Origin: Cyanophyceae cyanobacterium
GTDB lineage: Bacteria; Cyanobacteriota; Cyanobacteriia; Cyanobacteriales; Laspinemataceae
Assembly (NCBI GenBank): GCA_038321985.1
Contig: JBBQFN010000008.1
Location: 1 to 64,000 of the forward strand
Direction of reading: 5' to 3'
DNA length: 64,000 nucleotides
The notes beneath the pieces were generated by a model. That model was not told where the DNA came from. It worked only from the letters and a program-made list of their open reading frames with translations, and ran no database searches. The position numbers were made by a program, and so were the translations under genes. This document shows, piece by piece, positions 41,748 to 51,613 of this stretch (the stretch's first letter is position 1; each line of letters begins with the position of its first letter).

Positions 41748-42416
41748 ATGGAATTTGTAATAAATATGTCAAATTTTCTCACCTGGCCTTTTTTGTTGCT
41801 ATTCGTGGTTATTGCTGGTGTCATCATTCCCTTGGGGTTGAATGCCTACGTTTATGCAGTGACTGCGGGCGATCGCTATACAGAAATTGAACAGGTTCCC
41901 CCCCAACCGATTGCCATTGTATTTGGGGCCGGGGTTTGGGAGGATGGTACTCCTACCCCCATGCTGGCCGATCGCGTTCAAGCTGCTGTGGATTTGTATA
42001 AAATCGGTCGCGTTCAGAAAATTTTGATGACCGGCGATAACTCCCGTCCCGATTATGATGAAGTTCAAGCGATGTCATTCTACGCGCAAGAACGCGGGGT
42101 TCCGGTGACTGATATTCTCCTCGATCGCGCTGGATTAAGCACTTATGATAGTTGTTACCGCGCTCAAACCCTTTTGGGGATTCAACAGGCGGTTTTAATT
42201 ACCCAACGCTATCATCTTCCTCGGGCGGTTTATACATCTCGTAAAATGGGAATTAAAGCTGTGGGTTTGGGAACTCCCGATTGGGGGATTTTTCGCACTG
42301 ATTCCATGAGTTACTATACTTTTCGAGAATTTCTGGCAGTGGTCAAAGCCTTATGGCAGGTACAGGTTACCCGACCCCAACCTACGGTTATCGGTCCTTT
42401 TAATGGAGTAGAATAA
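41748..42416 (+). CDS. SanA/ElyC/YdcF (DUF218) family protein
   Basis: N-terminal TM helix, AIVFGAG, LADRV, GDN...YDE, STYDSCYR, TQRYHLPRA, RE.LA. Confidence 0.92.
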   Translation: MEFVINMSNFLTWPFLLLFVVIAGVIIPLGLNAYVYAVTAGDRYTEIEQVPPQPIAIVFGAGVWEDGTPTPMLADRVQAAVDLYKIGRVQKILMTGDNSRPDYDEVQAMSFYAQERGVPVTDILLDRAGLSTYDSCYRAQTLLGIQQAVLITQRYHLPRAVYTSRKMGIKAVGLGTPDWGIFRTDSMSYYTFREFLAVVKALWQVQVTRPQPTVIGPFNGVE

Positions 42417-42729
42417 TTGCTACAACTAGGTGCACTCATCCCTTGATTATTTTCCGTTAATTGCAGAAAATTAAACTTCACACATAGGGAAAAGATGCGA
42501 TGAATTAATCAGGCCGATCGCGTCTTTATCAAAAATTTAGTCTTGTCCTCACCGGGCCCACATAGCACCCCTTAATTACAGCGATCGCTGTTCTTCTGCG
42601 GTCCCGGTGTGATGGCAAGAGCAAGAGAGTGATGGAGTCAGTCTCGTAGGAATAGTCGGCTAAAAGTTAGATATCTCTTAAACATCCCTGAGCGTTGCTC
42701 TCTATTTTTTTTATTGCGCGAATAAAAAT

Positions 42730-42939
42730 TCAGGGTGTTTCTTCATCGAGTAGTCCCACCTGAGACCACAGAATTTTTACCATCAGCGCTTTAGCAATTG
42801 CATTCAACTCTTCGGCTGCTTCTGAATCGGCTGGCTCTAAGGCGGATTCTGCCTCCCCTGGGGAGGATGCTTCATCTTCTGGGTTATTAATTTTGGGCGG
42901 ATCTTCTGGGTTCATGCTGTCTTTACCTTCCATGAGCAA
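42730..42939 (-). CDS. Small acidic hypothetical protein
   Basis: Acidic low-complexity N-terminus and an amphipathic C-terminal helix. No family recognised. Confidence 0.4.
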   Translation of the reverse strand: MLMEGKDSMNPEDPPKINNPEDEASSPGEAESALEPADSEAAEELNAIAKALMVKILWSQVGLLDEETP

Positions 42940-43096
42940 TTCGGATATCTGTTCTTACTATAAATCCGTTTGTTTCCTCGAAGGGCGATCGCAGTTTGAA
43001 CCCCAGGTGAAGATTATCCCCTTAAATTGCGATCGCGATCGCAATTTAAGGGCACAGGGAAGACCTGCCCAGATTTATCGGGAATATTACCGAATA

Positions 43097-43561
43097 TTAT
43101 TTAAATAAAGTTAATTCTACCTGCCAGTTTTTCTGCTCAAACTGCTTGCGAGAATAAGAAAATTCTTCCCCTCCTTCTAACTTAATAATATAATTTTGAA
43201 GTTCGGGTATATTTTCTACAGTCAGGGGAAATTTACAGCTCATCGTGGAAAATCCGGCTTGTAAAGGTTGTGGGGTCCCTCCCTCTAAAATCCCCGTGGC
43301 GATTGTTTGGCGATCGGTATTTTGAATTAAAACCTCCCTTCCCGGATGAAGATATCTTTTTTGGCTCTCAATGCAGGGATCTCCGGGTTCCGTAAAGAGT
43401 AGTTCTACATAACCCGTTAATTTTTCCCCCTGCAATTGGACCGATTCCCCTGGGTTCATCACGTTCTGGGGACCCGGGGTAGAAAGGGGCATAAATCCTA
43501 CTAAAAATCCCCCGACCCCAAAAACTGCGAGAGTTCGTAAAATAAAGTTAGCTGTCTTCAT
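43097..43561 (-). CDS. Exported or membrane-anchored hypothetical protein with two Cys
   Basis: Signal-like N-terminus and a beta-rich domain (G.EV.I.N....IATG.L...C.F...V.N.P...Y). Confidence 0.75.
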   Translation of the reverse strand: MKTANFILRTLAVFGVGGFLVGFMPLSTPGPQNVMNPGESVQLQGEKLTGYVELLFTEPGDPCIESQKRYLHPGREVLIQNTDRQTIATGILEGGTPQPLQAGFSTMSCKFPLTVENIPELQNYIIKLEGGEEFSYSRKQFEQKNWQVELTLFK

Positions 43562-44366
43562 AGAGTTAGCATCGATCTCTTTTAGTTCAGGGTTTAAAAA
43601 CAGGACGTATTATTTTTATATCTTTGCCTACTGGAGTAATTTTTTAATCCTTCTTAAGGGTGATTTTTATAAAATTTGCTAAAATTTTTCAGACCCCGAA
43701 TATTTTTATCTTATTTCATGTATTTTATTTTAGCTTTTTATTTATTATCTAGGATTAATTATAATAACGGCTAATAAATACGTTACCTCTTAAGAAATAT
43801 ATTTTTTGCAAATTTTTACAATTCATTATATTTAGTTAAATTAAAATATTTTAATTTAACTAAATTTTTGGCTATAAACCGGATGGCTCTAGTCTATGAG
43901 GATACCCTGCCGGAGAATTAGATTAAATAGGGCTAGAACGACTCCCTTTTTTTTAAAGTCCCGCTTCCCCGTTCACTGGATGCTGAATACAAAATAATAT
44001 CTATCAAATAGGCGATTCTGGTGTTGAAAGAGCTTCGGGTTGTAGAACATTTTTCTCTATTCTACCCATAAAATTCATTTGTCATAGGGCAAAACTTGGA
44101 AAACTCCAGCGATCGCGATCGCACCCCAGTGGTGATAGGGATTAGGCATTAACGTGATGGGAGTCCCTGGCATTTTTGAATAAACTGGAGAAGATTCAAA
44201 TAGTAAAAACTGCCTAGATTAGCAATCCGACTATTCCTGTTGGGAAACTTAAACCTCTAGCTGATCAGTCAATAAGTTGAGAGCCATCCGGGTTGGCCCG
44301 ATAAGAGGCTGTACTGTCCATGCAAGTGCTGATTTAGCACCCGCTCCTAACAACAGAGGAAACCAG

Positions 44367-44744
44367 ATGAATGTATTAGATTATACCATACAGCATCTAA
44401 TTCGCATCACTTGGATAGAGCTTTCTGAAAAAGCCACAATCCAAAGCGATCTCTCTAAGGTTTCGACTCGTCGGCACCGGAATTTTTTCAAGCCCCTAGG
44501 TCCAGTCAAGCAGTGGCTCGATCGCCTAGAAGTTCGCGATCGCCAAATAGCTCATAGCTTGTGTAAACTCATTCCCGCCCAATGTCCGTTTGAACGGGAT
44601 ATCAAATTCTGTGGTCATATCTTATTTCACATTCCGCCCCTGTGTAAACTGAACCCATTCTATGACCAGTTTGTGGGGCTTCGCTTTCGGGCATTATGTT
44701 ATTTAGCTGATGAATGTGGTGAGGACGTCACCGTTTACTGCTAA
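44367..44744 (+). CDS. Mo-dependent nitrogenase C-terminal-like domain protein (Mo-nitro_C; not a nitrogenase)
   Basis: CKLIPAQCPFERD...HIPPLCKLNPFY.Q..GLRFRALCYLADECGED. RBS GAGGA precedes ATG 44367. Confidence 0.9.
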   Translation: MNVLDYTIQHLIRITWIELSEKATIQSDLSKVSTRRHRNFFKPLGPVKQWLDRLEVRDRQIAHSLCKLIPAQCPFERDIKFCGHILFHIPPLCKLNPFYDQFVGLRFRALCYLADECGEDVTVYC

Positions 44745-44789
44745 ACAAAACCAGCTTATTCGCCCTCACACACCTTGCTCCAACCCTTC

Positions 44790-47078
44790 TTACTTTCGCC
44801 GGAGTTGCGATCGCTTTTTCAGCGTTTCTAACCGTTGTTTGAGAAGCTGAAGATTGGGTTCACTGCCCCCGTAACGCCAACTCACATAAGCGTGAGAAAT
44901 TTCCTCGACTGCGGATACATCCGTCTGGGGCTGATGTTGGTGCAACTCTCGCGCATACTCAAAGGGAGTTTGAGCAGGATGCTTGCGATATCCCTGCTGT
45001 CCTAACGTATCCAGCATTTGCCGATACAGTCGCTCCACTGGGGGCATTTTTGCTAAGAACCGACGATAGCGCCATTGTCTAAAACCATTCCAAGCCAACC
45101 AGCCTAGAAAGGCTAAACCCGTCAGTAATATTGAACCGGCAAAGAGTCCCAACCAGCCTTGGGTAAAGAGCCGCAATACCCAAACAATGGTGCCAACCAG
45201 CAAACCTCCCAGGGTGGAGAAAACAACTTGCAGAAATCCCGTCACTGGCGAAGGCAGCCAACCTGCAACCCATCGCCACAACGATCGCAACACGCTAAAG
45301 GGCTGATATTCTTGAATCGATGGTGGAATCACTTCGTGACCCGGAATTGGATCGAAGGCAAACCAACCATACTGCGGAAAATACACCTCAGTCATGGCAT
45401 AAGCATCGGTATTGCGAACCACATACAGTCCCGTAAATGGATTAAACTCCCCGGGAGCAAAACCCACCACTAACCTTGCGGGAATACCAATTGAACGCAA
45501 CATAACGGTATAGACGGTGGAGAAGTGATCGGGATAGCCCCCCTGTTGCTCAAACAGAAACGTCTCTACCAAATCATCCTCTTCGTCTAGAAAGGGTAGA
45601 CCAAATGGATCGCTAGGAATGCTGTAGTTTTGCTTGAGATACTGGGCAAGGTGAAGGGCTTGTTCGTAGGGAGAGGTGAGGGGATTCGGTGCGGCTGCTA
45701 AAATTTCCTCTGTTCGTTGGCGCACGCGATCGCTGATTTCCGGGGGGACTTGCAGGTAATAATTGCTAATGGCCTTAGGATAGGTTGTAGGGGCTTGACT
45801 GAGCGCCGTGCGATCGCGGTAAGGTACTTCTGAAATTACCGTGTAAGTCAGGCCCTCAACTAAACCCAAGGGCGATCGCAGACTACCTTCTGTATCGAAA
45901 GTCACCTCTTCTGTCGGAAAGTAAAGCGATTTGGGCTCAGACAGGGCCGGAATAATATTCGGTAAATCCGACACTGCGGTATAACTTTGAACAATTTCTT
46001 CAGTTCTTCCCCGTCGGGTTCGATCAAAGGGAATATTAAATTGATAGGACCAACTAGGACGTTCCAGGGTTGTCGCCTCCTCATTGCGCCCAATTTCCCA
46101 GCCTTTCCCGGTATAGCGGTCAAACGCCAGAACGCGCCAAAATCCTTCTGTCTGCGATCGCACCCGCAAGACGACCTTGGGTTTCATTTCGCCCCGCAGG
46201 TTTTGGTTCATCCGGTTATTGAACCCGTAATAAAATGTATCGTCAATCTCTCCGGGTCCATCTCCCGCTTCCCCTCCAGTGCCTTCTCCTTCTCCGTTGC
46301 CATACCCCGGATTGACAATCCGACGACCATCCAAATCTCCCTGGATTTCTATCGGAGAACTCACGGGAAAGGTTTGTAATTGATATCCTGGAAACCTCGG
46401 CATCACTGCAAAAATAAGCAATCCGAATCCCAGAACGAGACTAAAGAGGAAACCGTAAAACCCGAGTTGGGAATAGTTGATTTTCTTTTTCTTCCGGGTT
46501 CCGGTTTGACGTTTCTCCGTTTTAAGTCCCAGGCGCGAGCGATAATCAAAGACCAACGTCGGCAGAGCGATCGCCAAAAAAATCAATAATAACGGCGCAA
46601 AGGCTAAAGTTTGGCTGACGGTTCCGGCAACCCCAAGCAGGATCAATCCAATCACCATCGAATAGCCCAAATCTGAGCGCCGGGGGAGGTCAAAACTATG
46701 CAGAATTTGAACTTGAATCAGCAGTTCAGCCAGAACCACACGAGTATCGTTGAGTTCCTGAACTAAGCGACCAAAAAAAGCACCGAGGGACAGCAGCATC
46801 CCAATGGCTAGTAAAAATTTAACGGCAATATTGCGATCACGGCGGCGATACCAACTCCAAGTGGCTCCCACAATGCTCAACGGGACTGCCCAAAGGCTCA
46901 TCGTAGTCCCTGCGGCCACATCCGTTGCGATAATTCCAATGACCACCAGCGCTTGCACCAGCGCCCGCAGCACAACCGAGTCCTCCGGAGTAGGAGGTTT
47001 GCTTGCCTCGATTTGCTGTCGAATCCTACGCCAGACGGGAATGAGGGACAGATGCCGAATCCCTGACGAGTTAGACAT
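44790..47078 (-). CDS. TgpA-like membrane transglutaminase-domain protein (DUF3488, transglutaminase-like, DUF4129)
   Basis: TM N-terminus, FWR..AFD.Y.G..W, GYPDHF, RSIGIPARL..GF..G, AMTEVYFP..GW..FDP. Confidence 0.88.
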   Translation of the reverse strand: MSNSSGIRHLSLIPVWRRIRQQIEASKPPTPEDSVVLRALVQALVVIGIIATDVAAGTTMSLWAVPLSIVGATWSWYRRRDRNIAVKFLLAIGMLLSLGAFFGRLVQELNDTRVVLAELLIQVQILHSFDLPRRSDLGYSMVIGLILLGVAGTVSQTLAFAPLLLIFLAIALPTLVFDYRSRLGLKTEKRQTGTRKKKKINYSQLGFYGFLFSLVLGFGLLIFAVMPRFPGYQLQTFPVSSPIEIQGDLDGRRIVNPGYGNGEGEGTGGEAGDGPGEIDDTFYYGFNNRMNQNLRGEMKPKVVLRVRSQTEGFWRVLAFDRYTGKGWEIGRNEEATTLERPSWSYQFNIPFDRTRRGRTEEIVQSYTAVSDLPNIIPALSEPKSLYFPTEEVTFDTEGSLRSPLGLVEGLTYTVISEVPYRDRTALSQAPTTYPKAISNYYLQVPPEISDRVRQRTEEILAAAPNPLTSPYEQALHLAQYLKQNYSIPSDPFGLPFLDEEDDLVETFLFEQQGGYPDHFSTVYTVMLRSIGIPARLVVGFAPGEFNPFTGLYVVRNTDAYAMTEVYFPQYGWFAFDPIPGHEVIPPSIQEYQPFSVLRSLWRWVAGWLPSPVTGFLQVVFSTLGGLLVGTIVWVLRLFTQGWLGLFAGSILLTGLAFLGWLAWNGFRQWRYRRFLAKMPPVERLYRQMLDTLGQQGYRKHPAQTPFEYARELHQHQPQTDVSAVEEISHAYVSWRYGGSEPNLQLLKQRLETLKKRSQLRRK

Positions 47079-47164
47079 AATGATGAAGGATAAAAGAGCA
47101 AAAGGGTGTCTTTCTTCCTTCCTAATTTACTCTATAGCAATCCTAAATGCCTCAGTTGCACCGT

Positions 47165-48301
47165 CTAGGAGAGACGAACGACAAACGTCAAGGCGTTATG
47201 GTACTCATTGTGGAAACGCACTTCTAATAAATAAGAGCAGTCGGGTTGTGGCTCAAACAGTTCAACGTGCAAACACCCGGCATTGGGACGAGAGGTCGTA
47301 GATTGAGCCTCACCGCCGCGAAGTTGCAAGGTTCCACCCGAAGGTAATTCCCCCCGCACTCGCAGACATCCCCGTGATTGAGTCTCGGAAGACCCTTCGC
47401 TCTTGAGGTTTCCTAAACATTCCAACCGAATGCTTAACATTCCGGCACTGGTGAGCCATTGCCGTTCGACCGGCCCTCCCGAGGCACTGACGCTTAAAGT
47501 CAGGGTTCCCATGATTTCTCGGGCGGCGAGCAAACAGAGGACCATTTGTTGATCCGCGCTTGCTCCTTCGTAGGTGGGGGGAAAATCAACTGCCCCATTT
47601 GTTAGAGGGTTCATTGCCTCTGCATTTGACCCTCGCGTTGGAGACATGGCAAGCGCCCATCCTGCTAACTGGTGCAGTTGAGGGCGGCGATCGGGAAACA
47701 ACCCTTCCACCGCACGGACTAATTTTGCTCCGTCTTGTAGGGAAGATTGGATCAGAACCCGGCACTCTTCTAAAAGTCGGGTTAGCACAGTTGCAGGCAG
47801 GGTGACGGGCAAACTCAACAAGGGCAACTGGGTCATCCAATCGAAAGTAGGAACTTTTTTCTCTTCCGGAAAATCTAAATAATCAGGTTCGTAATCCAAC
47901 AGTTCATTTTCCCAGGGGAATAGGGGGGGATGATGTTGAATTTCAGTTTCCAGTCGGCGTTTCACAAGTGCGTAAAAACGGTCTTGCACGGCAGGTATCT
48001 CTCCTGGTTTAAGTTGTTGCTTTCCTCCGAGACTCGACTGCTCATCGAGTTCTGCAAACCCTCTTAGGGATTTACCCTCATCACCGGGTAATTTTTCGAT
48101 GTCTTCACAATCGAGAGGGTCTAAGTCGTTCTCCGCTAAAAATGCGGCGAAGTCTGCTCCCGGAGGTGTTTCCGGACTGGTTAGATCTCCAGGGGGCATC
48201 GTTTTTTGTGGCGGGGATGTTTGGAACAGCCACGCTAAAATGTGCTCTTGGAGAACCTCTGAGTTAGCAAGGCTTTTAAAAACTTGCTCGTCCCTATCCA
48301 T
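47165..48301 (-). CDS. patU: PatU-like protein (single ORF)
   Basis: Starts 11 bp after the hetZ stop. LQ.HILAWL, GEIPAVQDRF.A..KRRL..EI...PPLFPWE, LCLLAAREI...L.L, RQWLT..G resemble PatU as recalled. Confidence 0.78.
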   Translation of the reverse strand: MDRDEQVFKSLANSEVLQEHILAWLFQTSPPQKTMPPGDLTSPETPPGADFAAFLAENDLDPLDCEDIEKLPGDEGKSLRGFAELDEQSSLGGKQQLKPGEIPAVQDRFYALVKRRLETEIQHHPPLFPWENELLDYEPDYLDFPEEKKVPTFDWMTQLPLLSLPVTLPATVLTRLLEECRVLIQSSLQDGAKLVRAVEGLFPDRRPQLHQLAGWALAMSPTRGSNAEAMNPLTNGAVDFPPTYEGASADQQMVLCLLAAREIMGTLTLSVSASGGPVERQWLTSAGMLSIRLECLGNLKSEGSSETQSRGCLRVRGELPSGGTLQLRGGEAQSTTSRPNAGCLHVELFEPQPDCSYLLEVRFHNEYHNALTFVVRLS

Positions 48302-48312
48302 GTCTTACCCCC

Positions 48313-49482
48313 CTATTCATCTGTAGATGCATTATTTCCGGAATCGCGCTCGTTACGAAGATGCCATGCTGCTTCTAGCAGCCTAAACCAGCGTTTTTGA
48401 ACTTGGTTGACGGTACAGTCTAAGAGTTTGGCAATGTCTGAATCTTTCTCTCCTTGTTGCTTTAATCGGAGTAATTCCCGTTGTGGGGCTTCTAGGTTAT
48501 CTTGGAATTGCTGCCACCGTTCCGGGGTCAATCCCAAGTTTCGGCCTAAATCGGCTTCTAACCACTCATGCACCAGTTCCCAGCGGTGAGAGAGGGCAAA
48601 TCGAATCAAATGATATTTAAAGCGCTGCTGTAAGTAATCCCGCTGTCGGGGAGTCACGCCTAAAATTTCTTCGATTTCATTGGTGGGTAAATCTTGCAAT
48701 CGCAAAATAAAATAGTCCGCACAGTCGTTTTGCCCTCTCTCTTGCAGGTAAGCCAGCACTTCTTTGATGACGGTTTCCCGCAAGGAATCATCCCCGGGTT
48801 CCGCATCGCGATCGACCATCGCATTTCGCACCTGTTGCACCGAGGAGTCATTCCAGGTTTGATCCGAGTCTAGGGAGGCCCCCTCAGCCGCCTGTTCCAT
48901 GTCTACGGTTGTTTCTGGCGGTTGCTGTTGGGAAAAGGTTTGTGCTCGCAAGATCAGCAGTTGTTGCGATCGCCCTCCCGATAGTGGAATCCGGCGTTTG
49001 GCATACCGTTCAGTAAATGCCATATATTCAGACAATTCTAACAAAGTGGTTGGGGAAAAAGTCCCTTCCAGTTGCGCTTCTCGTCGAAAGGCATTTAACG
49101 ATTCTACATAAAATCCTTGCAGGAAGTCTTCGATTAAGTTCAAGCGAGCTTGATAGCTAGACTGGATTTGAGGCGGCGTGATGTAGCGATAAACCATCGC
49201 ACTGAGGGTACTGTGTAATTCCACTCTCCCCCCTCGCGCCCCAAAATTATAATAAAAGAGACATTGCTGTAAGCGATGGCGAGATAAGGTAACTCTCCAT
49301 TTCTCTTCTTCTCCTGATGCTTTAATTCTTTTACTTTCTTGGCAAATCCGGTTAACTTCTGCGGCAATGCGATCGGCGACTTCCCGGCATTTGCTGTCAG
49401 AAGAACGGGTATTTTGCTGGAGTTCTGTAAATAGAAGTTGAAAAATATCTTCTTCCACGCGCCCCTCGATTTTTCCCATCAT
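48313..49482 (-). CDS. hetZ: HetZ-like regulator
   Basis: IFQLLF.ELQQ...VA.RIA.EV.RIC.ESKRI.ASG, LIEDFLQ.FY.E, RQRDYLQQRFKYH, WL.ADL..NLGLTP. Confidence 0.85.
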   Translation of the reverse strand: MMGKIEGRVEEDIFQLLFTELQQNTRSSDSKCREVADRIAAEVNRICQESKRIKASGEEEKWRVTLSRHRLQQCLFYYNFGARGGRVELHSTLSAMVYRYITPPQIQSSYQARLNLIEDFLQGFYVESLNAFRREAQLEGTFSPTTLLELSEYMAFTERYAKRRIPLSGGRSQQLLILRAQTFSQQQPPETTVDMEQAAEGASLDSDQTWNDSSVQQVRNAMVDRDAEPGDDSLRETVIKEVLAYLQERGQNDCADYFILRLQDLPTNEIEEILGVTPRQRDYLQQRFKYHLIRFALSHRWELVHEWLEADLGRNLGLTPERWQQFQDNLEAPQRELLRLKQQGEKDSDIAKLLDCTVNQVQKRWFRLLEAAWHLRNERDSGNNASTDE

Positions 49483-49568
49483 GGTTTGTAAATATCAACC
49501 CCCTAGTCCACCTAGGGATTACTACAGCTAAACTTAAATGGATGATAGAAAGCTCGACCTATTTACCA

Positions 49569-50063
49569 ATGAATTTAGATCGACAAGTTCAGCTTCTGAT
49601 TGACAATGCACCCCAAGATGGTCAAACTCCTGGTATCGTGGCGGCGATCGCGCCAGCGTTGAAGCAACTGGCTTTGCAATTGCGCCATTCCCAGTATTAT
49701 ATCCTGCAAACTCTCAATCAACGGTGGATGGTGACTGCCTTACGCAATCGCGCTCAACCGGATCTTGAGAAACAGGTAATTTATGCTTTTCCTTCAGTTA
49801 AAGACGCCAGCAATGGTACTTATGCTCCCCAGGATTCACAAGCAGTTGCTGTGCCGGTCCCGGTGATTCATATTTTATTTCAAATGGTGGCAATTGATAC
49901 CCTCGATAGTGTGGTTTTTTTTGAGAAATCAGGAGATATTTCTGCGGGTACGGAGGTTCGTCGTCAGGACCTGCAAAGCTTGATTCAGGCGCAGTTACAA
50001 CAACATTTACAACCCACTTCCAATCCGCTGAAATCTCGCCCTGTGCCACCGGATATTGCTTGA
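49569..50063 (+). CDS. Conserved cyanobacterial hypothetical protein, divergent from hetZ
   Basis: QVQLLIDNAPQDG.TP, L.HSQYYILQ, VIYAF, PV.HILFQ. Function unknown. Confidence 0.8.
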   Translation: MNLDRQVQLLIDNAPQDGQTPGIVAAIAPALKQLALQLRHSQYYILQTLNQRWMVTALRNRAQPDLEKQVIYAFPSVKDASNGTYAPQDSQAVAVPVPVIHILFQMVAIDTLDSVVFFEKSGDISAGTEVRRQDLQSLIQAQLQQHLQPTSNPLKSRPVPPDIA

Positions 50064-50641
50064 CCCTTCCAGGGTGACTGCCTCGGACTTGTTCGAGGGA
50101 AGTCCCTGTTCATTTCCATTTACCCATCACGGAGCAACAATCCTATTCCAATTATGAAGAAATAGCTAGATGACAAAGGGTTAGCCGCGATCGCCAGGAT
50201 GGCGACGGCGATTCGACTTTTTCGCCTATCTCGGGTTTTCTATTCTTTTGAGCACTCTGTTAACCCGGCAACCGCTTTATAAAATCGGTTGTCGGGTGAA
50301 TATGTCCACCGAGTCGATGGAGCTATTTCACAAAAAGGCTCCGAGTGAATGGGGTCAAGGGCCTAAGTGCCTGACCTTTTCGGGCAAACCTCCTGATTCG
50401 GTCCCCGATTTCGGTGCAACTGCCGCAGCAGATGTCCCGAAATGGAGGAGGGAAATTTAGGACAATTGAGATCGCACTACTCAGGAAATGGGTTACTCTC
50501 GAACTCGGCAGTTGAAGACTCGGGTAAGGGATCAACTGCGATCGCCCCAGGACCCTTAACGCCCTCAACGGACCGTTAGTGGTTCATCCTCGGTGCGATT
50601 TCGATCCCGATAGATCCAGCCGAGCGGCTGAACGCTCATTG

Positions 50642-51613
50642 CTAATACAAGCGACTCAAGACGTAATCCGCCAAGTTTACCAAGGCTTGATGACATTCCC
50701 CCGGAGGCAGCCGATCTAAGTGTTTGACTGCATCCCGAGCGTGGAAAGCAGCTAATTCCCGAGCCCGAGGGATGCCCTTCGAGTCTTTAATCAAGGCGAT
50801 CGCTTCGGCTAAATCCTCCTCTTCGGCAAACTCGCGCTCGATTAACACCTCTAAATAGGGTTTTTCTTCCAACGCATATAACGTGGGTGCCGTCAGATTC
50901 CCGCTGCCGAGGTCTGAACCCGCATTTTTGCCCAAGACATCCGTTGAACCTGTGAAGTCTAAGATATCATCCACAATTTGAAACGCCAGACCAATCTGAC
51001 GTCCGTATTGATAGAAGTTTTCGGCTAAGTCTTCATCTACCTCACTTAATATACCAGCGGCTTTAGAACTGTTGGCAATTAAGGAGGCGGTTTTATAGTA
51101 GCTTTTTTCCAGGTAGGCTTCAATGGACAAGCTGTTGTCAAATCGATTCAGTCCTTGCTGAATCTCCCCCTCGGCTAGATTCATAATCACTTCCGAGAGC
51201 AATTTGACCACTTCTAAGTTATCTAAGTTGGCTAAATACCAGCTCGATTGAGCAAACAGAAAATCCCCCGCTAACACCGCTACGCGATTGCCAAATCGAC
51301 TATGAACAGTGGGTACTCCTCGGCGGAGTTCCGATTCGTCCACCACATCGTCGTGGACTAAACTAGCGGTGTGGATCATTTCCGTGATTTCTGCTAATCG
51401 TCGATGACGAGGAGTAATTTCTCCATCGGGAGCCAAGGCCCGCGAGAGCAACAGCACGATTGCTGGCCTCATCCGTTTTCCCTTGGCCCCAAAGAGGTAC
51501 TCCGCCGCAGCGAACAAAATCGGGTGACGGGCACCCACTAGCTTTTTCAGGTTCTCGGTTAACAACCGCAGGTCTGCTTCAACCGGGGAAAATAGGGAGG
51601 TGGTTGAGGTCAT
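50642..51613 (-). CDS. sds: Solanesyl diphosphate synthase
   Basis: GKRMRP, HTASLVHDDVVD, KTASL, FQIVDDILD. Confidence 0.95.
   Translation of the reverse strand: MTSTTSLFSPVEADLRLLTENLKKLVGARHPILFAAAEYLFGAKGKRMRPAIVLLLSRALAPDGEITPRHRRLAEITEMIHTASLVHDDVVDESELRRGVPTVHSRFGNRVAVLAGDFLFAQSSWYLANLDNLEVVKLLSEVIMNLAEGEIQQGLNRFDNSLSIEAYLEKSYYKTASLIANSSKAAGILSEVDEDLAENFYQYGRQIGLAFQIVDDILDFTGSTDVLGKNAGSDLGSGNLTAPTLYALEEKPYLEVLIEREFAEEEDLAEAIALIKDSKGIPRARELAAFHARDAVKHLDRLPPGECHQALVNLADYVLSRLY

Noticed and set aside
44282..44340. Possible riboswitch upstream of the Mo-nitro_C gene
   Set aside because: Only 4-5 bp stems are present, with no recognisable aptamer consensus.
44367..44744. Evidence for nitrogen fixation
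   Set aside because: The Mo-nitro_C family name is misleading and no nif genes are present in the window.
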